A stretch of 64,000 nucleotides of DNA from Candidatus Kaiserbacteria bacterium (GCA_028286865.1 JAQBQU010000006.1:2639-66638); one strand, 5' to 3'. Positions 26,301 to 34,115 are shown, counted from the stretch's first letter. Made by a program: numbers and translations. Notes: generated by a model from the sequence alone, not told the origin.

Positions 26301-27152
26301 CTTGTCCATCACTTTAGTGCCGCATGCGGAAAAGCTCGTTGTACATGCTTCTCTCCAGGTCTGCTCACTCGGATCGGGCGCGGTTTCTTTCGCGATCGTT
26401 TCCAGAGACGGTGTCTGTTTTGTTTCAAATCCGGTCACGCCGCTCTTGATCGTATTGGTGTCGGTCACATCCTGTTTGCTATCGCCCGAAGGAGCCGCAT
26501 CCGGTTTTAGATCCGATGACACGGCACCGGTATCTCCCGTCCAATCGGTGCCCGAAGTTTTTATGATCTGCGTTTCGGGAGATTGAGCGCTGTAGTCTTT
26601 GAGCCACTGCTCCCAGTTCTGATCAGGCAGCGGTTTGAACGCGGACGTATCGATCGCATTCGGATTGAACGCGCTGTTGACGGTGTTATTGCTCTGCTGC
26701 TGATGCGACAGATCGTCCGAAGTGAGCTGTGACTGCGAGTTGAATGTGCTCGCGCTCGTAGGAGTGATCGCGGTTTGCGCCGTCCCGCCGCTCGTACCGG
26801 ATGCAACGCCGGTCGGCGGGGCAACATTTTTCTTGACCCCGTCTTCATCTATATATGAATCGGCCTGACAATCGAGTACCTTCACGCAGTGGCCGTATGC
26901 CTGGAGCGGGATGCCGCCGGTGGCAATTTTGCCGCTGCACGGCTTTTTATACCCGCAGGTGCTGCCGGCGAATTTAGCCGGATACTCGCATTTGTTCCAG
27001 ACGAGCGGTTTTTCGGCTTCGTCCTTTTCACACTGCTTGTTCGCCTGGTCAGAAATGCTCGGCGAGGTCGCAGCGACCACAGCGTGCGCTGAAACTCCGA
27101 ATACACCGATTGCGATGAGCAAAATGACCGCCGCGGTGCGACCCCGGTACAT
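20328..27152 (-). CDS. Giant secreted/surface protein (2274 aa) with a lytic-transglycosylase-like module
   Basis: One uninterrupted ORF. Signal peptide MYRGRTAAVILLIAIGVFGVSAHA. Cys-rich N-module (aa 40-95). SLT-like motifs at aa 345-445. Q/A/D-rich helical region, aa 625-1030. Hydrophobic patches near aa 1035-1125 and 2003-2040. Proline-rich repeats. C-terminal beta/Ig-like domain. Confidence 0.85.
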   Translation of the reverse strand: MYRGRTAAVILLIAIGVFGVSAHAVVAATSPSISDQANKQCEKDEAEKPLVWNKCEYPAKFAGSTCGYKKPCSGKIATGGIPLQAYGHCVKVLDCQADSYIDEDGVKKNVAPPTGVASGTSGGTAQTAITPTSASTFNSQSQLTSDDLSHQQQSNNTVNSAFNPNAIDTSAFKPLPDQNWEQWLKDYSAQSPETQIIKTSGTDWTGDTGAVSSDLKPDAAPSGDSKQDVTDTNTIKSGVTGFETKQTPSLETIAKETAPDPSEQTWREACTTSFSACGTKVMDKLFGGPEGSSESGVLSPNSSVDAKEPVLTVEKSEVASGINESTSIMCGSQAWCDKDSASRAMGSVLYQESSWNTDGTCKSATAYCGLAQLNTTEMYVTRDQINEFMTKYDGELSIQEKAKLQDTVDKVDAWQADQKLPPSQRTVDDPRYDPEAGTALGVARNVLPQTDHGGINPMQIAQEKAPGDPFAQATRVMATGQLFPALANAPEGKLIGDPITALANDSNGYRLPDRATVGTLLSQTSQIYATNFNTGATLMDQASVGTNTPSPYLLASNSTDLPRITEDYIPLPQANPLRNSPDVNFGGLSTLQAVEFGETLADITPLENRIPAPEWNAYQYTADAGRDITADVAQNTSQVITDEVAQRNDRLAQADAEAAQTAADQAAQHADRLARADLDAAQLAREAQIAQDQSALLQQNDATAAQLERTAQDQKLVEATAQENRILQESQLAQNSFDHPLYGPRTAADVQDAFTNAQAIHLVESGALGTEQFGPQTAQDVQTAYDAQLAADQSALVQTNNETETQLAAEAQAQADQNKVLADRQAQADAETKAYEARLANTEKNIPVPDTTQQSGEDITAQIKGETDSKLAVDQAALITKNNEAESLSAKTSAETFVPKTESLDKLSNSMSGELTAKQTAIQKQIDDFATANPGLVQDCSESLSGGGTACAKYRQFQSQIAIAQEEQKTIANNYTSLLEYKNGKGELTPDLQNTLQAIEKGQGSYSSAFQSSAADRLAAAKEPFSAIAQSYRDGDYVGVGLNTGLAIVTSPKIIGDYVAGGLITDSNKVMERVEYVTGLDMGFNPGEKDLSRCATVGQGVCNGEAIGSAVNVAGTLWVAKDATQLGFTLAKDGFIAAREGLTIAGVDSASGVNTATTQFDRVVAAQADSQAALDRAIARGNQNDIAVAQQDLAVRTAAVERLQGSASNAGTVSDVVAAETIVAEDISAAGGAGRTSQTNNSGGAASDTVKPGTSVAKSEAESVFQTPTVPRTEPGVLEVRGTGTNGLPDAYFDGTRLQVRISKPEIPAVVDDAAGTAAADTLPPKTSVPSVVQSEEVVSSPRTSVPSVAQAEELATGGSSAPSVTPTSDIAPAPRTSVPEVVQTQEYVPSQSWYSQVSDTVANGYSSARNWVSDLFTPTAEIPRVNTSIAQNEFTPTQTFRSSPIASNENFVSQAAPHGVSEPAVFRNAPSEILNQSPVSSLVPAQDIQPTLAPHPSTVSADLTATSRPAVPGQVSVPSIPKAADVAPVETQPVVPQPKGLASTIWDNTLGKVFGRTDGATIADAAKVPVQSIDNGASVLAEQARTALTESGTLPLPKLVTEPTPLPRIEIAEGTHPTLTVSSDIPPAKVVDVLINDSYKGASILTPTDAAQTALNKSINISGDKVHVYMTPEDALALAKDPNAQVTIYPIARTPFASEVKVASADSIQNIVTAEIQKPGFIENIKQKITDIVDSFRGTETLAPARIEPTFGEAPAVSGAKAPEISGQTRDIAITDNAPAAGVSDPAAVKPVTPADAATPNPASALQQAVEATAPTNTSWTDRIKNLFGYGKSETAARATAETFDYGAAPVGTQPTVRVTSTLPENPVLVEISNTQGAKVVVNAADADAVAAARSSDRTLRGYVSQADADALAAMKNGSQGIPEKITIAPESAATKASADVRGSSGSTAGSTGGSSGPATVHPSGTSGGGGGGGSGPVFTAARAAPDPAAAATGNPVWNATKSVAGFCVSGVWRFGGCVAAGAIIYNAPEWIGSWVAGNSASAPSGGAAVDPQNPATGVAVPPAKTADAKAPVDPAAKTATPVAPPYQAPQVRISAAPPATGQILDRDFACIKNINPVLVVRVPAGSPVPTGCYNNPGNAAGGTPSTLGSALGAIAAKLFGTQPAATTAASSATAPSVTATSTATSTPVTKPIVPSVSFIANPSSVASGDTAKLSWAAVGSTACTIMAPDASVVTTGSFQGSFTTAPLSATTLFSIACTGAGTSSAQVTVTVK

Positions 27153-27169
27153 ATCTCTAGTGTAACAGT

Positions 27170-27193
27170 GCGGGCCGCCCTCAGGCGGCCCGC
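27170..27193. other. Perfect 10-bp GC hairpin 17 nt upstream of the giant-gene start
   Basis: GCGGGCCGCC-ctca-GGCGGCCCGC, no U-tail. It could end the groEL transcript or structure the giant gene's 5' UTR. Confidence 0.4.
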
Positions 27194-27210
27194 ATGGGGA
27201 TTCCCTCTTT

Positions 27211-27324
27211 CTGCGTACAGTGAGTGCGAATGTCTATGTAAGAATCTCCCGCAGGCGAAGAGCCGAGGATTAAGGCTTTTCAGCAGAAAAGCCGGGTTCT
27301 TACATAGACATTCGCCGAACGCAG
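27211..27324 (+). repeat. Nested-hairpin element, copy A
   Basis: CTGCGT..GCGAATGTCTATGTAAGAA [CCCGCA GGC-gaaga-GCC GAGGAT taa GGCTTTTC-AGCA-GAAAAGCC] TTCTTACATAGACATTCGC..ACGCAG. It ends 3 nt from the groEL stop codon. Confidence 0.7.
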
Positions 27325-27327
27325 TCT

Positions 27328-28965
27328 TTACATGCCCATCTCCCCGCCCATTCCACCGGCAGGTTCCTTCTTTTCCTCAGGAATATCAGCGACAGCCGCT
27401 TCAGTAGTCAGAAGTACTGCAGCAGCCGATGCCGCATTTTCCACTCCCGAGCGCGTGACCTTCACCGGATCGATGACGCCGGCTTCGATGAGGTCTACCA
27501 CTTCTTCCGTCGCGGCGTTGAATCCTTTTGTATTCGAGCCCGAGATCTCAGCCATAAGCACCATTGCATCCTCGCGGCCCGTATTGGCCACGATCTGCTT
27601 GAACGGTGCATTGAGCGCTTCCACGAGGACCTTGTAGCCGACCACGAACTCATCTCCTTCTTTCTTCGCGATATTCTCAAAATTCTTCGCGAGCTTTGCG
27701 GAGACCTTCACGAGCGAAGCACCGCCGCCCACCACGATGCCTTCCGCGATAGCAGCCTTGGTCGCATTCACCGCATCTTCGATCTTATCCTTGAGATATT
27801 TCATTTCGGTCTCGGTCGCGGCACCCACGCGGATGACCGCAACACCGCCGGAGAGCTTCGCGATGCGCTCCTGAAGCTTTTCTTTGTCGAACTTTGAATC
27901 CGTATTTTCAAGCTGTGTGCGCAGCTGTGCGATGCGGGCCGTGATATCGCTCTTCTTGCCCTTGCCGCCCACGATAATGGTGGAGTCTTTTGTCGCGACG
28001 ACGCGGGTCGCGCGTCCGAGCATCGTTATCTCAGCTTTCTCGAGCGAGAGGCCGAGGTCTTCGGTGATCACCTGAGCGCCCACGGTCGTCGCGATGTCGG
28101 CGAGCATCTCTTTCTTTCTATCTCCATAGCCGGGCGCTTTGATCGCGAGCACATTGAACGAGCCGCGCAATTTGTTGAGCACGAATGTGGTGAGCGCTTC
28201 GCCGTCGACATCATCGGCGATGATAACGAGGTCTTTCTTTCCGGTCTGCGCGATCTTTTCGAGAAGCGGCAAAATATCCTTGATGGTCGAAACTTTCTTG
28301 TCGGTGATGAGGATCGGTGCGTCTTTCACTTCCGCTTCCATGCGCTCACCGTTGGTGACCATATATGCGGATACGTATCCCTTGTCGAACTCAAGTCCTT
28401 CGACGAAGTCGCTCTCGATGCCGAACGCCTGAGATTCTTCCACGGTGACGACGCCGTCCTTGCCTACTTTTTCGACGATGTCCGCGATCGTCTTACCGAG
28501 CTCCGCGCTCTCGGCGGAGATCGTTGCTACCTGGCGGATATCATCTTTGCCGCTCACCGGTTTTGCCATTGCCTTGAGTGCTGCGACCGCATCCGCGGAT
28601 GCGCGCTCGATGCCGCGGCGTACCATCATCGCGTTGGCTCCCATCGCGGTGCGCTTGAGGCCTTCGCTCACGATGGCCTGCGTGAGGACCACCGCGGTTG
28701 TGGTGCCGTCGCCCGCCTTATCATTGGTCTTTGTCGCGACTTCTTTCACGATCGATGCGCCCATGTTCTCGAATTTGTCCGCGAGCGTGATGTCTTTGGC
28801 GATTGAGACGCCGTCGTTGGTGATGGTCGGACCGCCCCATGACTTATCGAGCGCCACATTGCGACCCTTGGGCCCGATCGTGACCTTCACCGCGTTGGCG
28901 ACGATGTCGACGCCGCGCATGAGCTTGGCGCGCACTTCTGAATCAAAAATTACTTGTTTTGCCAT
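27328..28965 (-). CDS. groEL: Chaperonin GroEL (60 kDa)
   Basis: MAKQVIFDSEVRAKLMRGVD.., AGDGTTTA, IAEGIVVGGG, and C-terminal GGMGGEMGM. Confidence 0.98.
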   Translation of the reverse strand: MAKQVIFDSEVRAKLMRGVDIVANAVKVTIGPKGRNVALDKSWGGPTITNDGVSIAKDITLADKFENMGASIVKEVATKTNDKAGDGTTTAVVLTQAIVSEGLKRTAMGANAMMVRRGIERASADAVAALKAMAKPVSGKDDIRQVATISAESAELGKTIADIVEKVGKDGVVTVEESQAFGIESDFVEGLEFDKGYVSAYMVTNGERMEAEVKDAPILITDKKVSTIKDILPLLEKIAQTGKKDLVIIADDVDGEALTTFVLNKLRGSFNVLAIKAPGYGDRKKEMLADIATTVGAQVITEDLGLSLEKAEITMLGRATRVVATKDSTIIVGGKGKKSDITARIAQLRTQLENTDSKFDKEKLQERIAKLSGGVAVIRVGAATETEMKYLKDKIEDAVNATKAAIAEGIVVGGGASLVKVSAKLAKNFENIAKKEGDEFVVGYKVLVEALNAPFKQIVANTGREDAMVLMAEISGSNTKGFNAATEEVVDLIEAGVIDPVKVTRSGVENAASAAAVLLTTEAAVADIPEEKKEPAGGMGGEMGM

Positions 28966-28999
28966 AGATATATAGAATGAACTCTTAATTCTCTAAAGA

Positions 29000-29329
29000 T
29001 TATTTGACGATCGCGAGGATGTTGGATTCCGTCACGATGTAATATTCCACGTCATCGATCTTGATCTCATCGAATCCGTACTTTGAGAATACGATCGTGT
29101 CCCCGACTTTCACGCGAAGCGGTACCACGTCGCCCTTGTCGGTGCGCTTGCCTTCGCCGACCGCGATGACCTCGCCGCGCTCCGGCTTTTCTTTGCGGGC
29201 AGTGTCGGGAATATAAATACCCGATGCGGTCTTCTCTTCACTCTCCATTTCCGGCTTCACGAGCACGCGGTCCGCGAGCGGCCGGATGTTCACCGAGACA
29301 TTCTTTTTGATAGATGCTTGTTTTTTCAT
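29000..29329 (-). CDS. groES: Co-chaperonin GroES
   Basis: IRPLADRVLVKPEMESEEKTASGIYIPDTA..GEVIAVGEG. Lies immediately upstream of groEL. Confidence 0.95.
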   Translation of the reverse strand: MKKQASIKKNVSVNIRPLADRVLVKPEMESEEKTASGIYIPDTARKEKPERGEVIAVGEGKRTDKGDVVPLRVKVGDTIVFSKYGFDEIKIDDVEYYIVTESNILAIVK

Positions 29330-29413
29330 ACGCTTATTTCAGACGCTACCTGTTAATGGAAAGCCACGAAGTGGCGTTGGAGTTACTATACAAGACCGCG
29401 CGCGTTCGATGTA

Positions 29414-29442
29414 TTGACAATACACTGTCTTGGTGATATAAT
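29414..29442 (+). promoter_or_regulatory. Consensus sigma70-type promoter upstream of secG
   Basis: TTGACA (29414-29419), exactly 17 nt, TATAAT (29437-29442). Confidence 0.65.
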
Positions 29443-29490
29443 AGTATATAACGAACTTCCCGCTCACCCAATTGCGCGCTCTATGAAGCC

Positions 29491-29742
29491 GTGCTAGTCT
29501 TCACGGGCATGACTCTCCTCCACGAGGTGTTGCCATATCTTCAGATAGCGCTCTCAGCGCTTCTTATCATATGCATCATTTTGCAGCGCACGGGTGCGTC
29601 GCTCGGAGGAGCGTTCGGAGCCGATAACTTCAGCTCGGGCTTCCACACCCGCCGCGGATTTGAGCGCACGCTCTTCTACGCGACGATCGTTCTCGGCATC
29701 TTGTTCGCAGCCTCGGCTCTCATAAGCCTTCTTATCAGTTAG
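29491..29742 (+). CDS. secG: Preprotein translocase subunit SecG
   Basis: Two TM helices flank ILQRTGASLGGAFGADNFSSGFHTRRGFERTL (SecG pattern LLQ..kg.GL.gafG...). The start may be the ATG at 29509. Confidence 0.7.
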   Translation: MLVFTGMTLLHEVLPYLQIALSALLIICIILQRTGASLGGAFGADNFSSGFHTRRGFERTLFYATIVLGILFAASALISLLIS

Positions 29743-29786
29743 TTCCGCTCCTCAGGAGCGTCGCGCGCTGGCGCGCAATCCCGTGT

Positions 29787-31577
29787 ATGGACAACGAAGA
29801 TTCTCCTTCGGACTCAACGAACGGCGTGCTCACCAAGCCGCGCCGGGTATCACGCTTCCGCGCATTCGACCGGCTCCTGCCGCTCTTCTCGCCGGGAGAA
29901 CGACTCTTTTTGTATATTCTGATACTGATATTCGGCATTTCCGCCTTCGCACTGCTTGCCGGTGCCAACGCATCGGTCTCCGTCACGATACCTTCGCGCG
30001 GAGGATCGCTGACCGAAGGCGAAGTGGGTCCGGTACGCTTTCTCAATCCCGTCATCGCCATGTCTCAGGCTGATGCCGACCTCACGGCGCTCGTGTATTC
30101 GGGTCTCACCAGAGCACTCCCCGACGGCTCTCTCGTCGGCGATCTTGCCGAGAGCTACACGATATCGACCGACGGCATGACCTACACATTTAAGCTCCGC
30201 CCCAATGCGACCTTCCAGGACGGGCAGGCGCTCACTTCCGCGGACGTCGCGTTCACCGTAGCAGCTGCTCAAAATCCCGATATAAAAAGCCCGCTTCGCG
30301 CGGATTGGGAAGGCGTCGTCGTCTCGACTCCCGATGCGCACACCGTCGTTTTCAAACTGCCGCGCGCCTATGCACCGTTCATTCACAATACGACGATGGG
30401 CATCCTCCCGAAGCATCTGTGGAACAACGTCTCGAGCGAGGAATTTCCCTTCAGCCCGATCAATACTCATCCTATCGGCACGGGACCGTATCAGGTATCG
30501 GACGTGCAGACCGATTCGACCGGCAGCGTTACGCGCTATGACCTTGCACCGTTCCGCTCATTTGCGCTTGGAGAACCGTTCGTCGGCCGCATCACGCTTC
30601 TGTTCTATCCCAACGAGGATGCGATGCTCACCGCCTTCGATCAGGGACGAATTGATGCGGTAGCAGGGATCGATCCTGCAGTTTTGAAGTCGATCAAACG
30701 TTCAGATGTCCAGACGATAACGACCGCCCTCACGCGTGTCTTCGGCGTATTCTTCAATCAATCACATGCAGCCGTTCTCGCCGACCCTGCGGTCCGCGGC
30801 GCGCTCGACACCGCGATAGATAAACAACGGCTCGTGGAAATGGTGCTCTCGGGGTACGGCGTGCCGCTCGTGGGCCCCGTGCCGCCGACTTCGGCATCGG
30901 GCCGATCGCATACTATCAACGTCGCGACCGCATATACCGACGACTCCATCGCCGCAGCACAACTCATCCTCACCAAAGCGGGATGGAAGCACGACACCGC
31001 GACCAACACATGGACCAGCGCAAAGGGCCTGTCGCTTTCGTTCACACTCGCGACCGCAGACCCGAGCGAGCTCGTCGCCACCGCGAATGCCGTTGCGACA
31101 GCGTGGAAAGCGCTCGGAGCCACGGTGGCCGTGCAGGTGTATCCGCTCAGTGACCTCAATGCGACCGTGATACGACCTCGCAATTATGATGCGATCCTCT
31201 TCGGTGAGGTCGTCGGACGCGAACTCGATTTCTTCGCATTCTGGCACTCTTCGCAGCGTAATGACCCGGGGCTCAACCTCGCCTTGTACGCCAACCCACA
31301 AGTTGATACACTGCTGACACAAGCACGCGCAACGACCGATACCGAAGAGCGCCAAAAGATCTACGATCAGTTCGCGACTCTCGTCGAAAAGGACCGTCCC
31401 GCCGTCTTCCTGTACGCTCCCGAGTTCCTCTATGAGGTACCGAAGGGGCTCAAGGGAGTTTCGCTTGATGCCATTTCTGCTCCGGGCGAACGCTTCTACA
31501 ACGTGTACCAGTGGTATACGGACACGGAAAGCGTCTGGAGCATATTCACCGACCGTTCCCCCGATACGACTCTCTAA
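29787..31577 (+). CDS. ABC transporter substrate-binding protein, family 5 (peptide/nickel type), membrane-anchored
   Basis: N-terminal TM (LFLYILILIFGISAFALLAGA), about 560-aa SBP_bac_5-like body (..LTYTFKLRPNATFQDG..; ..GTGPYQV..; ..FWHSSQ..NLALYANPQVD.LL). Confidence 0.75.
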   Translation: MDNEDSPSDSTNGVLTKPRRVSRFRAFDRLLPLFSPGERLFLYILILIFGISAFALLAGANASVSVTIPSRGGSLTEGEVGPVRFLNPVIAMSQADADLTALVYSGLTRALPDGSLVGDLAESYTISTDGMTYTFKLRPNATFQDGQALTSADVAFTVAAAQNPDIKSPLRADWEGVVVSTPDAHTVVFKLPRAYAPFIHNTTMGILPKHLWNNVSSEEFPFSPINTHPIGTGPYQVSDVQTDSTGSVTRYDLAPFRSFALGEPFVGRITLLFYPNEDAMLTAFDQGRIDAVAGIDPAVLKSIKRSDVQTITTALTRVFGVFFNQSHAAVLADPAVRGALDTAIDKQRLVEMVLSGYGVPLVGPVPPTSASGRSHTINVATAYTDDSIAAAQLILTKAGWKHDTATNTWTSAKGLSLSFTLATADPSELVATANAVATAWKALGATVAVQVYPLSDLNATVIRPRNYDAILFGEVVGRELDFFAFWHSSQRNDPGLNLALYANPQVDTLLTQARATTDTEERQKIYDQFATLVEKDRPAVFLYAPEFLYEVPKGLKGVSLDAISAPGERFYNVYQWYTDTESVWSIFTDRSPDTTL

Positions 31578-31630
31578 CCATGATCCAAAATATTATTAAG
31601 CACTCATTAACACGTTCGTAAACACCACAT

Positions 31631-33658
31631 ATGGATTCACAGCCAGAATTTTCTAACGCCGGCGGCGCCTTCGTGCCTGCTTCGAATCAGAATGATCCGA
31701 GCCGCAACAATGCGCCGCGCCAAGGCGAACCGTCCCGTCCTCCGCATCGCCCGTCGCGCGGCCCTTCTCGGGGCCCTCGTCCGGGTGGCCCGGGTCGCGG
31801 TCCTCAGGGACCGGGTACCGGCAATCCCAACAACCCCCAAGGCCCACGCGGTCCTCAGCGTGAACGCTCGGGCCGTCGCCGACCATTTCATGATCGTCCG
31901 GCTCGACCGCCACGAGGTCGTACCAAGGTAGAGCACCAGGCGCCGTCCATGCGCAAGCAGGGTCCGGCTGCCGTCGTTCCCCCTCCGGCAGATGATGTCG
32001 TGCGCATCATTCCGCTTGGCGGTGTCGAAGAGATCGGCCGCAACATGACGGCCATCGAGATCGGGAACGATATTTTCATCCTCGACTGCGGTTTCGCATT
32101 CTCCGAAGATGACACACCGGGAATTGACTACATTTTGCCCAACACCGGCTATCTCGAAGAGCGCCGCGACAAGATCCGCGGACTCCTTATCTCGCACGGG
32201 CACCTCGACCACATCGGAGGCATTCCCTATATTCTCGATCGCATCGGCAATCCGCCGATCTACACCCGCAAGCTCACCGGCATGATGATCAAGAAGCGCC
32301 AGGAAGAGTTCGCTCTCACTGCCCCGGCGATGATCCGCGAAGTCGAGGCTGACGAGGTCCTCAAGCTCGGCGCTGCCACGGTACGTTTCTTCGGTGTCAC
32401 CCACACCGTTCCCGATTCGATGGGTATCATCATCGAGACCGCATGGGGCGACGTCGTTTTCACCGGAGACATCAAACTCAACCACGAAGGCGGCGAGCCG
32501 TCAGATGAAGAGAAGCGCGAGTTCGGCATCTTCAAGAACCGCAAGGTGCTTGCACTGCTCATGGACTCCACCAACGTCTGGCAGCCGGGATTCTCTATTC
32601 CGGAGTCCAACGTGTATCGCACGCTCGAAGCGCTCATCAAAGAGACCACGGGCCGCCTCATCATCGCGATGTTCGCGTCGCACCTCGAGCGTCTCATCCG
32701 CGTCGTTCACTTTGCAGAAAGCTACGGCAAGAAGATCGTCATCGACGGTCGCTCCATGCGCACCAACATCGAGATCGCCCGCGAGATCGGTCTCATCAAG
32801 TACAAAGATGACACCGTCGTCGCCGTCGAGAACATGAACCAGTACCCGCCGGAGCGCCTCATCATTCTCGCGACCGGTGCCCAGGGAGATGAATTCGCAT
32901 CGCTTGCGCGCATCGGCAACAAGACCCACAAGCACATCCGCCTCACCCCTGAAGACACGATCATTCTTTCCTCATCGGTCATTCCGGGCAATGAGCGCGC
33001 GGTCCAGAAACTCAAAGACAACCTCTCGCGCCAGGGGGCTCACATCATCACGTATCACGCATCAGATGTGCATGCATCCGGTCACGGAAATCGCGAAGAA
33101 GCGGTCTGGATCCACAAGCAGATCAAGCCGAAATTCTTCGTCCCCGTCCACGGCTATCACTACATGCTCCGCATCCACGGCGATCTCGCGGTGGAAATGG
33201 GCGTAGAAAAGGGCAACGTCGTCATTCCGGACAACAGCTCTATCATCGACATCAAGGCCGGCGAGAAGATCGTGAAGCAGTCGTTCAAGGCACCTTCTGA
33301 GACGCGTGTCGTCGAAGGCCAGACGGTCTCTGAACTATCCGATGTCCTTATGCGCGACCGAAAGGCGCTCGGCCAGGAAGGATTCTGTGTCGTCGTCGCC
33401 ACCGTGGATCGCCGTACCGGCAAGCTCCACAAGTCGCCCGACATCATCTCCCGCGGCTTCGTGTATCTCCGCGACAACAAGGACCTCATGGATCAGACGC
33501 GTCTCATCATCCGCAAATCAGTGGAAGATTCGATGCACAATCCGCGCGGCGCGGACCTCGATATCGCGCGCGACGACCTCGCCGAGGCGGTCGCCCGCTT
33601 CCTCTTGCAGCGCACTCAAAAGCGCCCGATCGTGATCCCTGTGATCGTTTCGATCTAG
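31631..33658 (+). CDS. rnj: Ribonuclease J with a roughly 110-aa R/G/P-rich N-terminal extension
   Basis: Metallo-beta-lactamase HGHLDHIGG, beta-CASP region, and GHASDVHASGHG-type motif (YHASDVHASGHGNREE). Confidence 0.9.
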   Translation: MDSQPEFSNAGGAFVPASNQNDPSRNNAPRQGEPSRPPHRPSRGPSRGPRPGGPGRGPQGPGTGNPNNPQGPRGPQRERSGRRRPFHDRPARPPRGRTKVEHQAPSMRKQGPAAVVPPPADDVVRIIPLGGVEEIGRNMTAIEIGNDIFILDCGFAFSEDDTPGIDYILPNTGYLEERRDKIRGLLISHGHLDHIGGIPYILDRIGNPPIYTRKLTGMMIKKRQEEFALTAPAMIREVEADEVLKLGAATVRFFGVTHTVPDSMGIIIETAWGDVVFTGDIKLNHEGGEPSDEEKREFGIFKNRKVLALLMDSTNVWQPGFSIPESNVYRTLEALIKETTGRLIIAMFASHLERLIRVVHFAESYGKKIVIDGRSMRTNIEIAREIGLIKYKDDTVVAVENMNQYPPERLIILATGAQGDEFASLARIGNKTHKHIRLTPEDTIILSSSVIPGNERAVQKLKDNLSRQGAHIITYHASDVHASGHGNREEAVWIHKQIKPKFFVPVHGYHYMLRIHGDLAVEMGVEKGNVVIPDNSSIIDIKAGEKIVKQSFKAPSETRVVEGQTVSELSDVLMRDRKALGQEGFCVVVATVDRRTGKLHKSPDIISRGFVYLRDNKDLMDQTRLIIRKSVEDSMHNPRGADLDIARDDLAEAVARFLLQRTQKRPIVIPVIVSI

Positions 33659-34108
33659 TTACGAAAGTTTCTGTTTTAGAGCATCCCGTATTTCAAATAG
33701 TACGGGTTGTTCTATTTTGTACGGTTCATGTGGTGAGCAATTCTTGCCCCATCGCCCATCGTTGAAGGTAATATCTCGCAATACGCGATCTTCCTTGTAT
33801 CGCGGAATAAGATGCATGTGTCCGTGTCCGCCGTGCTCCGCGATCAAATTACCGAGCCATGAGTAATTCATATGGTCCGGATTCCACAGCGCCTTCAGTG
33901 CCGCTTCGTATTCGGTCATGATCATCTTGAGTTCTGCATATTCATCCGCAGTCAGTTCTGACAAACGCTGCATGCCGCCTTCACGCACCAGCCATAGATA
34001 TGAACGCCCGAGATAGCGTTGGTCATCGTGAATTGAAAGTGTCCAGTATCCATATTCTTTGATTATCTGCGGGATATATTCAGGATCTATGCTGCGGTAC
34101 TTGGCCAT
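33659..34108 (-). CDS. HIT family hydrolase
   Basis: Histidine triad HGGHGHMHLIPRY near the C-terminal third. 149 aa. Its stop codon directly abuts the rnj stop. Confidence 0.7.
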   Translation of the reverse strand: MAKYRSIDPEYIPQIIKEYGYWTLSIHDDQRYLGRSYLWLVREGGMQRLSELTADEYAELKMIMTEYEAALKALWNPDHMNYSWLGNLIAEHGGHGHMHLIPRYKEDRVLRDITFNDGRWGKNCSPHEPYKIEQPVLFEIRDALKQKLS

Positions 34109-34115
34109 AGTTCGA

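Noticed and set aside
27193-27207. Mini-ORF (ATG CGG GCC GCC TGA, minus strand, preceded by AAAGAGGGAAT) upstream of the giant gene
   Set aside because: It has four codons lying inside the GC hairpin. This is most likely a chance ATG, and nothing supports a leader peptide.
27211-27324. Considered that the nested-hairpin elements are integron attC sites or REP/BIME elements
   Set aside because: Their position after stop codons and the variable stems resemble attC. However, the outer arms lack the RYYYAAC/GTTRRRY cores and no integrase is nearby. REPs normally share sequence between copies, which these do not.
29330-29413. Looked for a CIRCE (TTAGCACTC-N9-GAGTGCTAA) heat-shock operator upstream of groES
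   Set aside because: No match to the CIRCE inverted repeat on either strand. Only a small GCCAC-ttc-GTGGC hairpin is present.
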